The notes: generated by a model not told the origin, from the letters alone. Positions 17,321-26,549 are shown, counted from the first letter of the stretch. The stretch is 32,000 nucleotides of DNA from an uncultured archaeon (GCA_964510585.1 CAZECW010000157.1:1-32000), one strand, 5' to 3'. Made by a program: numbers and translations.

Positions 17321-18097
17321 ATGGTAATGTCGCTCTATCCCTTGCGCACAAAAATCCTAATCCAAGGTGACGACCTCGCCACAGTAATTATAGAAGAGGC
17401 GGAAAAACAGAACATCCTCTTGGAAACCGGAGATATAATAGTTATCTCATCTAAAGTGGTTGCCCGTTTAGAGGGAAGAATGGTGAAGCTCAGCGAGGTT
17501 GAACCCTCGCAGGAAGCCTATAGAATAGCTAAAGAAGTTCAACTGGAACCAGAATTCGTAGAACTCGTACTTAAAGAATCCGAAATTGTCTTTGGAGGAG
17601 TTTATAGAGCACTACTTACCCTAAAAGACAACATTCTCCAAGCCAATGCAGGAATCGACAGCTCAAACATTCCTCAAGGATATGCAGTACTCCTTCCCAA
17701 AGATCCCACAAAAAGCGCACACACCATTAAAAGACAAATACAAGAAAAAACTGGACGCAAGGTGGGAATAATAATTGCAGACAGCAGAACCCAGCCACTG
17801 AGACTTGGAAATACTGGAATGGCAATAGGCGTAGCGGGATTCAAGCCGGTAATAGATGAGAGAGGAAAAAAAGACCTCTACGGAAAAATCCTAAAGATCA
17901 CTAGAAGAGCAGTGGCAGACAATCTTGCATGTGCCGCTGAGATATTGATGGGCGAGGGAAGTGAACAAACGCCCATCGTAATCATAAAGGGCGCACCAGT
18001 AGAAATGACAGAAGAGTACATTGAAGAATCTCAAATGATAATCCCAAAGGAAGAATGCATGTATTTCGGAACACTTTTCCCCAAAAAAGGTAAATAA
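17321..18097 (+). CDS. cofE: CofE-family (COG1478) gamma-glutamyl ligase: F420-0:glutamate ligase or FolC2-type folate glutamylase
   Basis: GDIIVISSKVV, ANAGIDSSN, DSRTQPLRLG, ADNLACAAEILMGEGSEQTPIVIIKG. Confidence 0.82.
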   Translation: MVMSLYPLRTKILIQGDDLATVIIEEAEKQNILLETGDIIVISSKVVARLEGRMVKLSEVEPSQEAYRIAKEVQLEPEFVELVLKESEIVFGGVYRALLTLKDNILQANAGIDSSNIPQGYAVLLPKDPTKSAHTIKRQIQEKTGRKVGIIIADSRTQPLRLGNTGMAIGVAGFKPVIDERGKKDLYGKILKITRRAVADNLACAAEILMGEGSEQTPIVIIKGAPVEMTEEYIEESQMIIPKEECMYFGTLFPKKGK

Positions 18098-18143
18098 CAC
18101 CCAAAATACAACCTTAGTTAAAAAGATTAATTCGTATCCTGAA

Positions 18144-18899
18144 AGACCTGTCCAAATAAGGGTGATTTTATAAACTTGTTGGGGGTAGTTTTTTCTCATG
18201 TGGTTTAATGGTTTTGATTTCTGGGGTTTCGTTTTGGGTTTGGGTGTTTTCCGCCGGAACAAGGTTCCCGTGGAGCTCAAGGTTCTGGGCGTGGTTAACT
18301 ATATCTTCATGAGCAGCTTCCGCAGAACCGCCAAGGTACTCTCCCTTTTTAAAAAATCAGCAAGAGCTCCGTGCACTACTGGGTAGCCCGGTTCAAGGAG
18401 AAGGTGAAAATAGGGGTGAAGCCCAAGGTCCGGGGAACCGTTGCCATAGACGAAACCGCGACCAAGACCAACGGGAAACGCTTCTACCTCTACGCCGCCC
18501 TCGACTTAGAGAGAAACGAGGTGATCTGGATGCGGGTCTATCTACCCCGCCCGGAACCATCTCACCACCAGGGATTTCGTAAAAAACGTGCTGAAATACT
18601 GTGAGAACAAGCCCCGGTTCCTTTTTGGATCGGGGACCCTGGTATAACGACGTCTTCCGGGACCTCAAGTTGAGCTACGCCCACGAGACCTTCGGCGAGA
18701 GGAGCAAGGTGGAGGCGGTTTTCTCCTCCTACAAGCAGCGCAGCAGGGTATACTTCAACAACTTCAACCTTCAGAGCGGAGCCGAAGAAGGGAGACCCCG
18801 CACAGTGGTCAAAGAGAGCCCTACAACTGGCAAACCTATTCGCAGTAAGCTTCATTCTATACTACAACCAACTAAGATAACGCTTATTTGGACAGGTCT
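18144..18899 (+). mobile_element. IS6-family insertion sequence (756 bp), decayed
   Basis: Perfect 17-bp terminal inverted repeats AGACCTGTCCAAATAAG (18144-18160 and 18883-18899). Flanking 9-bp direct repeat TATCCTGAA (18135-18143 and 18900-18908). GC-rich core. Confidence 0.9.
18198..18880 (+). pseudogene. IS6-family DDE transposase with four frameshifts
   Basis: Pieces join to ..SKSSVHYW..VAIDET..YAALD..VYPARN..DRGPWY..VEAVFSSYKQR..LANLFAVSFILYYNQLR*. Shifts near 18356, 18540 (TCTA duplication), 18635 and 18768. Confidence 0.87.
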
Positions 18900-19018
18900 T
18901 ATCCTGAATTAAATTTGTTCTTATTGCTTCTCCTTTCTTTTCACTTCTTTTGCATTAACGGAGATGGTTTTTACAATCATATCAATAGTGATAAAAGGGA
19001 AAGATTGAAATTTCCTTT

Positions 19019-19897
19019 ATGTCTACTGTTAACCATAAAGCGAATCAATTATGGTGTATGCTTTTGAAAAACTATGAAATAAACTGGGAAATAGGAGATA
19101 TAATAAAGGTAAAGCTATACAAAAAAGGCTTGGATCTAAAAAAATTAGATCTCAAAGAACCACTCATTATACAGGGATTTTCAGGCATTGGAAATGTGGG
19201 GCTCATTGCGGTTCGTCACATGTTGACTGAAGCAAGAGCACGGCCTCTATTTGAGGTTATGAATTTGGATATGCCTTCGGTGGCTTTTGTGGAAAACGGC
19301 TTATTTACAGATTGGAGTAATATTTTTTCAGTTATGGTGTATCTGTGGAGGAGGCCAAAAGGAAGGGATGTTCTATTCTCTTGTTCATATACTCAACCTT
19401 TGACTCCCCTGGGCAGCAATATTATTGCCCATGTGCTTTTGAGGAAACTCAGCGATATGGGTGTGGAGGATTTAGTTTCTTTGGGTTGTTTCGGAACCAA
19501 CAACTATGTTAAGAATCCTAAGGTATATGTGTCCGCTACCAGTAAGAAGGTGTTAAATGAATTTGAGAGTATCCCTAACGTGATTGCTTTAAGGGATGGA
19601 AGGATATCTGGTTTGAATGGCGTAATGCCTTTATTGGCATCCAGCTATGATATGCTGGGGGTTTCCCTTCTTGCTGAAGGGCTGTCTCGTATTAGTTTTA
19701 ATCCACGCTCTTCCAAGGCATTGATTGAGGTTTTGAATGCACATTATGATTTGAATATTGATACAGGGGCTCTAGATGTTTATAGCGAAAAGTTAGAAAA
19801 GGAAATTGAGAAACTGAGGATGAGGTTACCCACCGAGCCGGAAGGTATCATAGAGCCTCGCGCAGGTCAAGACCAAATAGATTCGTACTACACATAA
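19019..19897 (+). CDS. PAC2-family proteasome assembly chaperone-like protein
   Basis: LKEPLIIQGFSGIGNVGLIA, VSLGCF, ISGLNG and LDVYSEKLEKEI pattern. True start may be TTG 19130. Confidence 0.83.
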   Translation: MSTVNHKANQLWCMLLKNYEINWEIGDIIKVKLYKKGLDLKKLDLKEPLIIQGFSGIGNVGLIAVRHMLTEARARPLFEVMNLDMPSVAFVENGLFTDWSNIFSVMVYLWRRPKGRDVLFSCSYTQPLTPLGSNIIAHVLLRKLSDMGVEDLVSLGCFGTNNYVKNPKVYVSATSKKVLNEFESIPNVIALRDGRISGLNGVMPLLASSYDMLGVSLLAEGLSRISFNPRSSKALIEVLNAHYDLNIDTGALDVYSEKLEKEIEKLRMRLPTEPEGIIEPRAGQDQIDSYYT

Positions 19898-20047
19898 TTT
19901 CTTGTTCTACTTTTCTTTGGGAATAGCATTATAAAATATTTTTGAACTATTTGTTACCTATAGGTACAGTTTGTTTGCCCGTAGGTTTGGGTAAAAAATA
20001 GTGTGTTAGGGATGGGGTGGTTTCGGTTGGCCTTTGGATTTTTATTT

Positions 20048-20704
20048 TTACTTGTAGTTTTTAGCTACCTCTACGTTTTCTCCTTTTATTTCGATTAGGC
20101 CGTGGGATTTTAGCTCTGAAACGTATGTTTTCAGTTGGATTAGAGTTATTCCAAGTGCTTTGCTGAGTTCTTCGAAGCTTCTGCTGCCAGCGTCCCTTAG
20201 TATGTAGAAGATTTTATATTTGAGGTCTTTTTCGAAAACGCTTCTTATTCTTTTTTCTCTTTCCTCGGAATGGTTTAATTGGGTTTGTAGTTCTTTTATT
20301 TTTATTTCTCTGTCGGATATTGTTTCTTGGGCTTTTTGGAGTAGGGTTTCTTTTGCTTTTATTTCTTGTGCTTGTTTTTCATTTATTTCTTCCAGTATTT
20401 TGATTTTGTTTTGTAGATCTTTGTTTTTGTGTTCTATTTCTTGGATTTTGTTTTCTAACTTGTTTATTTCCTTAACTTTTTCTTCTAAGGTGCGACTTAT
20501 TTGCTCTATTTTTGCCTTTAGCTCTTCTTTTGCTTTGTTTTCCTCGACTATTCTTTTTTGAAGTTCACCTATTTTTTGTTCCTTTTTTTCTAGTTCTTCG
20601 TCTTTCTTTTTTATTTGGTCGCTTAGGTCTTGAACCTGATTGTTTAATCGTTCTAACACTTTCTTTTGACTTTCGGTTAATGACATCCCTAATAGCACTC
20701 CCAC
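20048..20704 (-). CDS. Long coiled-coil protein with C-terminal winged helix
   Basis: About 140 aa of E/K/Q-rich heptads, then KYKIFYILRDAGSRSFEELSKALGI..VSELKSHGLIEI. Likely start ATG 20686. Confidence 0.82.
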   Translation of the reverse strand: MGVLLGMSLTESQKKVLERLNNQVQDLSDQIKKKDEELEKKEQKIGELQKRIVEENKAKEELKAKIEQISRTLEEKVKEINKLENKIQEIEHKNKDLQNKIKILEEINEKQAQEIKAKETLLQKAQETISDREIKIKELQTQLNHSEEREKRIRSVFEKDLKYKIFYILRDAGSRSFEELSKALGITLIQLKTYVSELKSHGLIEIKGENVEVAKNYK

Positions 20705-20924
20705 TTTTCGAAGAAGATTTGTGTAATATTCTATTTAGGGTCTATTAATCCTTTTTCGAGTTTTTATAGAATGAGTTTTTATATTTAATAATATTATTAT
20801 ATTTAACAATTTTTTATGTATTGTAATTATAATTTTTAAAATATTATTAAAAAGGTGATGCTTAAGTTTTATATAGTTGTTTCCATTTCTTTTGGAATAG
20901 TAACTTTCTCATTGGAGGGTCTAT

Positions 20925-21842
20925 TTGCCCGATGGAGTCGCCCTAGTCTGTACACGAGCCACCTTGAAAAATGAAACCGAGGTTAAGGTTTGTGATTCAA
21001 GACAGAAAAACGGCAGAACTACACTAACATCATTCAAGTTTTCTTGGGACGTAAATATAACGGGCAAGAAAATGCGGATTCGAATTGATAATTTTAATCG
21101 CTTTGATGACAAGCGTATGCTATACAGGGGGTTTACGGAGGTAATAGTTTCGCTAATGCCTTTCATCTATAATTTAGCACAGGAGAGCAAGAGACAGGAT
21201 TTTGAAAAAATCCGTTCCTATCCTTCTTTACGTGAATTTTTGGGAGATTTGAAAACTATTTCTTCAGCTGTTCTTTTAAATGATGTTTCTAATTTTTGCG
21301 AGTTGGATGAATCTATTCTGAATTTAAAAAAACTGCAAATAGTGTTTGGTAAAGAAATTCTAAATCTGAAACCAGAAAAACGGTTAAATATTCTTATCAA
21401 AGAGTGGAAAAAATATTTTGGCCAAGTCATTGACCTCTTTACAAATAGTCAGATTAGTATGATTTTTTTGGAGTACTATATCGATCTAAATTCAATTTAT
21501 GATCCTGACAGATTAGAGGGCTTTAAGGAGATAATGAAGGAGGTTAGATCCTATAACATTATACCCATCATTTCAATAAAGGGTGATGAAGCCCCTGAGA
21601 AATTTGAAAAACTACCCTTAGACTTGGTGGTTCTTGATAGTCAGTCCCTTCAGCTTTATGAGTTAATTGTAGACATGGCAAGAGAAAAGGATGTCAAAAA
21701 TTTCACTCTTTTTGATATTGTGAGATATCTTCGGGGGGGAACAGCTAATTCGCTAAATGATGTCACTCAAAGAAGCCTGGACTTGCTGGTGGATAACGGC
21801 TTACTCGAAAAGAAGGATAACAGGTACCAAGTGATTCTTTAA
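20925..21842 (+). CDS. Hypothetical protein with probable C-terminal winged helix
   Basis: 305-aa ORF ending FTLFDIVRYL..TQRSLDLLVDNGLLEKKDNRYQV. The rest is not recognised. Confidence 0.72.
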   Translation: MPDGVALVCTRATLKNETEVKVCDSRQKNGRTTLTSFKFSWDVNITGKKMRIRIDNFNRFDDKRMLYRGFTEVIVSLMPFIYNLAQESKRQDFEKIRSYPSLREFLGDLKTISSAVLLNDVSNFCELDESILNLKKLQIVFGKEILNLKPEKRLNILIKEWKKYFGQVIDLFTNSQISMIFLEYYIDLNSIYDPDRLEGFKEIMKEVRSYNIIPIISIKGDEAPEKFEKLPLDLVVLDSQSLQLYELIVDMAREKDVKNFTLFDIVRYLRGGTANSLNDVTQRSLDLLVDNGLLEKKDNRYQVIL

Positions 21843-21902
21843 AAAGGTGTAAAATCGTTTTTTAAAGGAATATGGAATGATTAACTCTTCTGTGACGGTA
21901 AC

Positions 21903-23024
21903 CTATTCAAATGTTCTGTCGAATGCTAAATCTAATATTTCGAGTATTTTTTGAGGGGGAACCACAATGTAGAACATGTCTGGTTCGAAGTGAGAATGAT
22001 AAAGTAACCCCGTTCTGAGCAAGTCTTTTAGCGATTCGTCTAACTCTCCCGGGTCTGTTTGCACCTTTAATTCTTCGTAAAGTAAGTCGTACTCCCTTTT
22101 TATTTCGTTAAGAGACATGTAAGGTTCGTAGAGATATTTTTGAAAAACTCTTGCAATTTTTTGTAAAAGTAGATGGGTCATCAAGCTGATTTGTGCTAAT
22201 GAGTCTATTATGGAAAGCTCATCATGCACGGTGAAAATATCTGAACTTGCTTCTTGAATGTGAATAGGTAGTATGTCTGCACCACGCAGGGAAATGGGAT
22301 ATATTCTTTTTAATATTTCGATAATTGTGCTCGGCCGCCCAATATCAAACTCCAAAACGATGTCAGTTAAAAAACGAATTATAGATGGACGAACAAGAGA
22401 GGGGAAAGCTATGGTTACCCTCTGATGCGTTATATCCATCAATTCAGTATTGGAATATAGATCTAGGAAAAGGGTGAAATCTAGTTGTAAGCTTGTTCCA
22501 TATTCTCTCCTGATTTTTCTAGCATAGCCTACTTTTGCAGTTGATATAGTAGTTATGCCGAGTTCTTTAGATTCTTGAAGGAATTTTCTATGAATTTGCT
22601 GATTGTTTTCATCGACATCATCCAGTATAATAACCAATTTATTATTTATAGACCTTCTCAACCTACGAAAAATATTCCATAATTCGGGCAAAGTAGCACC
22701 AGTAGGAATCACCCCCAAGTGCGCAGCATCACATATGGAAGAATTAATTTGGTACATTATTTCTCTAAAACGCTTATAACAAAAATTAACAAAAACGGGA
22801 GTGAACTCAAACTCGCTTTCATTAAGTGTAGCTACAGCGTATCTGGAAAGCACCGTTTTCCCTATTCCGGAAGGCCCGCAAATCAAAAGATTATTGTTTT
22901 CATTATCAGATAGTATTTTCTGGAGTTCCTGAAGCTCCTTTTCCCTATGACAAATTTTTGGAGGAATATAAAAGGGATCATATATCGCAGCTACCCTTTG
23001 AGAAATCATTGCAATAAACCTCAA
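21903..23024 (-). CDS. cdc6: Divergent Orc1/Cdc6-family AAA+ protein
   Basis: DPFYIPPKICHREKEL (typical N-terminal box), Walker A GPSGIGKT, Walker B ILDDVD, C-terminal wH (LKDLLRTGLL). Confidence 0.8.
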   Translation of the reverse strand: MRFIAMISQRVAAIYDPFYIPPKICHREKELQELQKILSDNENNNLLICGPSGIGKTVLSRYAVATLNESEFEFTPVFVNFCYKRFREIMYQINSSICDAAHLGVIPTGATLPELWNIFRRLRRSINNKLVIILDDVDENNQQIHRKFLQESKELGITTISTAKVGYARKIRREYGTSLQLDFTLFLDLYSNTELMDITHQRVTIAFPSLVRPSIIRFLTDIVLEFDIGRPSTIIEILKRIYPISLRGADILPIHIQEASSDIFTVHDELSIIDSLAQISLMTHLLLQKIARVFQKYLYEPYMSLNEIKREYDLLYEELKVQTDPGELDESLKDLLRTGLLYHSHFEPDMFYIVVPPQKILEILDLAFDRTFE

Positions 23025-23355
23025 CCGTTTATATTTCTATTTTTTGTTTAGTATTTAAACCCCACAAAAAATACTTTTAAAAATATGAGAATAGAGGGGG
23101 GAGACACTTGACCGAAAGTATTACGAAAAGGGGTTTATTTTCAGTCTAAAATGTGTAAGCAAATGTGGTTTTAATCAGAAAACGGTTTTACCTAAAAAGT
23201 CAGTTTGGGAGGAGCGTTGGAAATAAATTTAATAAGTTAAGTTTTTATATAAATTATTAATAAATAAAAAGTATAGTGGTTTGACTGTGGCAAAAAATAT
23301 TTAGCACCATTCAGTTTAAGTATTACAGTAACACCACAAATGATGGTGCAGTAAG

Positions 23356-24063
23356 ATGTCCATAAGTGAACAAACTTCGGAAAAAATCAAAACATTACTA
23401 CAAAGGATAGAGGATACCACTAAGCTTGAAGGACTAGCGGTAATAACAAGAGACGGAGTAAGAATTGCTAGTTCAGCTTCTGCTTCCGTTGACGCGGATA
23501 TGCTATCTGCAGCCTCGGCAGCCATGATTAGCACAGGCGAAATGGCTTCCATGCAACTAAATTACGGAAGCCTATCAGACATAATAATCAGGGGGGACAA
23601 CGGGCACATTCTACTCACAAGAGCTGGACCCAACCACATGTTGGTGGCAGCAAGCAAGGACACCTCACAACTAGGCCTTAATCTAGGTGTTATGCGGAGA
23701 TACGCTAAATCGATTTCAGAAATGATTGGAGTTGCACCTGAAATACTCCCCTCACCCAAAATACCCGCGGCAACAACTATGCCTACACCACCAACACCCA
23801 AGCCGGTTATCGCAACTTCTACAGTTAGACCCCTAAAACCACCCCAAATAAGTGAAAGTGCACCAACCCAACCTCGGGCTCCAATACCACAAGTACAAGT
23901 TCCAACACCCCAAGCAGCAGTAGCTCAGACAACCGCAGAAGATCTATCAAATGACGAGAAGGGAGCTATTTTTGAGGCGCTTAGAGCCTTGGGTTTAGAG
24001 GATATGGTTAAGATGCCGGGTTCTAAACTTGAGGCAAAGAGAGCAGAGGGTGAAAGAATTTAA
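23356..24063 (+). CDS. Roadblock/LC7-domain protein with Pro/Thr-rich linker and short C-terminal helix
   Basis: EGLAVITRDGVRIAS..LSAASAAM..IIIRGDNGHILL..LGLNL Roadblock pattern in aa 1-125. Confidence 0.88.
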   Translation: MSISEQTSEKIKTLLQRIEDTTKLEGLAVITRDGVRIASSASASVDADMLSAASAAMISTGEMASMQLNYGSLSDIIIRGDNGHILLTRAGPNHMLVAASKDTSQLGLNLGVMRRYAKSISEMIGVAPEILPSPKIPAATTMPTPPTPKPVIATSTVRPLKPPQISESAPTQPRAPIPQVQVPTPQAAVAQTTAEDLSNDEKGAIFEALRALGLEDMVKMPGSKLEAKRAEGERI

Positions 24064-24129
24064 AAAGGGCCTTAAAAGCTAAAAGCACCTTTTTACGGTA
24101 CAACACGCAACTGATTTAACCTGACGACT

Positions 24130-24151
24130 CTAATTCTGGAAATAGAATTAG
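24130..24151. other. Perfect 8-bp inverted repeat CTAATTCT-N6-AGAATTAG between convergent genes (terminator or operator)
   Basis: Direct reading of the sequence. Confidence 0.3.
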
Positions 24152-24205
24152 TTGCAGACTAACCCAAAAAGTATATACATGTTCTAATTTTTAATTCTCG
24201 TTTTT

Positions 24206-24355
24206 TCACTCAACTTCTATCCACAAAATTTCTTCATCCAACGCGCATACCCCATTTTCGTAAAATTCACAAATAGTGCAGCATATCTCGTGATTATCAC
24301 AAGTTTCAATCATAAAGCATTCGTCGCAACAGTTAAGCTTAATGTAGTTCGCCAT
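24206..24355 (-). CDS. Small acidic Cys-rich protein (49 aa, 8 Cys), missed by the ORF track
   Basis: MANYIKLNCCDECFMIETCDNHEICCTICEFYENGVCALDEEILWIEVE*. AGGAG at 24371-24367 upstream. Confidence 0.65.
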   Translation of the reverse strand: MANYIKLNCCDECFMIETCDNHEICCTICEFYENGVCALDEEILWIEVE

Positions 24356-24474
24356 AAAGATCGAATCTCCTAATGCGAATAGCAATTCTGAGATGTTAAT
24401 ACCTAAGTGAAAAGAAATTTAAAAAGTTATTTTAGAATCAAGATACTTGAAAAAAAGGAGAATCTAGAGCTCGT

Positions 24475-25077
24475 TTATGGTAAACTATTTTTTTCAGTTA
24501 ATTTAGATCCACATTTGGAGCATTTATTGTTAATCTCAGATATACAATTGGAATGTGTATACTCCCCACATTTTGGACATACCACGACTCCGCGATTTCC
24601 CCCTATAACTGCACCGCAAACCGTACACTTAAGTAACTCTATACCACAATAAGGGCAGAAATCTAGATCTTTCAATAAAAGCTTACTGCACTCCGGGCAA
24701 GTTAAGTTTGCAACGTTTCCATCCAAACTTAGTTCTTCGCTGAGTATTAGTGACTTGTTTATAGCTCTGCTTATTAGGTCTTGGTAATTGTCTCTGAGTC
24801 GTATCAATCTTTTCAAGGCAGAAGGCTTTATCAGGGCTACCTTCTCAGCCAAGGTATAAGCATCCTGCAAAATTTCGTTAAGAACGCTAATATCGGGAGA
24901 AGAACTAATTAGTACGTGTATGCTCTTCTCGGTTTCCTCAAAAAGTTCAACGAACTCCCCACTAAAACCTTCGGACTTTATTACCCTAAACAAGTCACTA
25001 ACCGCCTTTTTGTAAAAAGTTCTCAGATCCAAAACCAAAACTACCTTTAAAGCTTTCCAAGTAATAGTAAGCAGCAA
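24475..25077 (-). CDS. Helical N-terminus plus zinc ribbon plus C4HC3 RING-like finger (prokaryotic RING-type)
   Basis: CPEC-x10-CPYC, then C-x2-C-x12-C-x2-C-x4-H-x2-C-x7-C-x2-C. Confidence 0.8.
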   Translation of the reverse strand: MLLTITWKALKVVLVLDLRTFYKKAVSDLFRVIKSEGFSGEFVELFEETEKSIHVLISSSPDISVLNEILQDAYTLAEKVALIKPSALKRLIRLRDNYQDLISRAINKSLILSEELSLDGNVANLTCPECSKLLLKDLDFCPYCGIELLKCTVCGAVIGGNRGVVVCPKCGEYTHSNCISEINNKCSKCGSKLTEKNSLP

Positions 25078-25163
25078 AATCTTCTAAATTTGACTGGGGA
25101 TTCATAGTTGAAAACGGGTTCTATTACGCATCTGAAGGATGAAGGCGGTTTTTGTAAGTGTGA

Positions 25164-25952
25164 TCAATCTTGTAAACTATTTAAAAAGTTTATAATAGTC
25201 CGGTTGAATTCTTCTGGCTGCTCAATCATTACCATGTGGCCTGCCTTTTCAACTATTTTCAGAGAGGAATTCAAAATCTTTTCATTCAGGTAACGAGACC
25301 ACTTCACGGGGGTCAATTTATCTTCTGAACCAACAATAATCAGGGTAGGTACACCAATCTCAGAAATTTTGTCTCGCACATCAAACTTGTTGCACGCTGC
25401 AAAATCTGAATATGCCACCTTTGGATTGCATTTTAAACACTCCTCCTTTACCAGATCCACAAGTTTTGGATCCGCACTCTCCGCGAAGGCCATACTGCCA
25501 ATAGCTAAATCAACGCTCTCCCTGAAATTAGTCTTCAAAGCCTCAAGTATAGTGGGAAGCACACCCAACTTGGCTCCTGTTCCCACCAGAACCAAACCCC
25601 TCAAAAGCTCTGAATAATCTAGGGCCAACTGTATGCAAATCGCACCACCCAAAGAATGCCCCACTGCAACCATACTTTCAATACCCAAGCCCCTCACAAA
25701 CTCCGCCACATAATCAGCAAAAAGCTTCACAGAAACCTCACCTTCAAGAGGATCAGACATACCATGACCCGGCAAATCTAAAAAAATCAAATTATAATTA
25801 CCGGATAGTGCCCTCTGCAAATCCCAAGAAATATGACTACCCATAGAACCGTGAATAAAAACAACCGGTAAACCCTGACCAACAGACTCATAAAAAATCT
25901 TTTTACCCCTAATAATCAGAAATGGCAAGACAAACCCTCCTAACCAATTCAT
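25164..25952 (-). CDS. Alpha/beta-fold hydrolase
   Basis: FIHG, DLPGHG, nucleophile GHSLG, GSEDKL and AGHM give a Ser-Asp-His triad. Confidence 0.92.
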   Translation of the reverse strand: MNWLGGFVLPFLIIRGKKIFYESVGQGLPVVFIHGSMGSHISWDLQRALSGNYNLIFLDLPGHGMSDPLEGEVSVKLFADYVAEFVRGLGIESMVAVGHSLGGAICIQLALDYSELLRGLVLVGTGAKLGVLPTILEALKTNFRESVDLAIGSMAFAESADPKLVDLVKEECLKCNPKVAYSDFAACNKFDVRDKISEIGVPTLIIVGSEDKLTPVKWSRYLNEKILNSSLKIVEKAGHMVMIEQPEEFNRTIINFLNSLQD

Positions 25953-26252
25953 AAATCAAGTTGAAACATTTTTAGCACAAATAATATTCGACACGTTCCA
26001 TCTTTTGAAAGAGATATTTCCATTGTGACTCCTACTGGAGAACAGCTTTCCAAACAAAGGCATTATGTCTTTAACTCTACCACGCCATCCCAGTAGGAAG
26101 ACGACTATTTTCAGCACCCTCATCACCATGTTTTCAAGGCTATTAAAGCTAAGCCTGACACTTTAAGGTTGTCCACATAATTCGTATAATTATTAGATAC
26201 TATTATTGTGAATCTTCTCATCCCTACCATGGAAGTGACGTCTTTGTAGATA

Positions 26253-26549
26253 TCACCGAATACCAGCAGTTAAAATCAAAGCCAAAGCTGTCAAAGTACC
26301 AATCTTCCTCTCTTTCATCTCGTTTCTAACATAAAAAAATTTTCCAGACTTAACAATTGAAATTACATGCCGTTTCTTCTTATACGCCTCAAGATAATCT
26401 TCACGCACGATAATTTCATCAAACTCCACCCTACCCAACTCCCTCAAAACATCATCCTTAGAAGACTTAATAAAATCAGCCCGCCGCTCAACAGGAAAAG
26501 GGGTATCACTCAAACTATCCAACAAATCTGCAGTCAAAAACACAACCAA
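26253..26549 (-). CDS. Hypothetical ~98-aa protein (track ORF 26253-26681 is over-extended into the tRNA gene)
   Basis: TTG at 26549 follows GGAGGG at 26561-26556, with an AT-rich TATA-like stretch further upstream. Confidence 0.58.
   Translation of the reverse strand: MVVFLTADLLDSLSDTPFPVERRADFIKSSKDDVLRELGRVEFDEIIVREDYLEAYKKKRHVISIVKSGKFFYVRNEMKERKIGTLTALALILTAGIR

Noticed and set aside
18340-18365. Programmed -1 frameshift in the IS transposase
   Set aside because: The heptamer is not in canonical X XXY YYZ register, and three further shifts show decay.
23025-23355. Replication origin (ORB boxes) next to cdc6
   Set aside because: AT-rich with G-strings, but no repeated TCCAxTxGAAA-type box was found.
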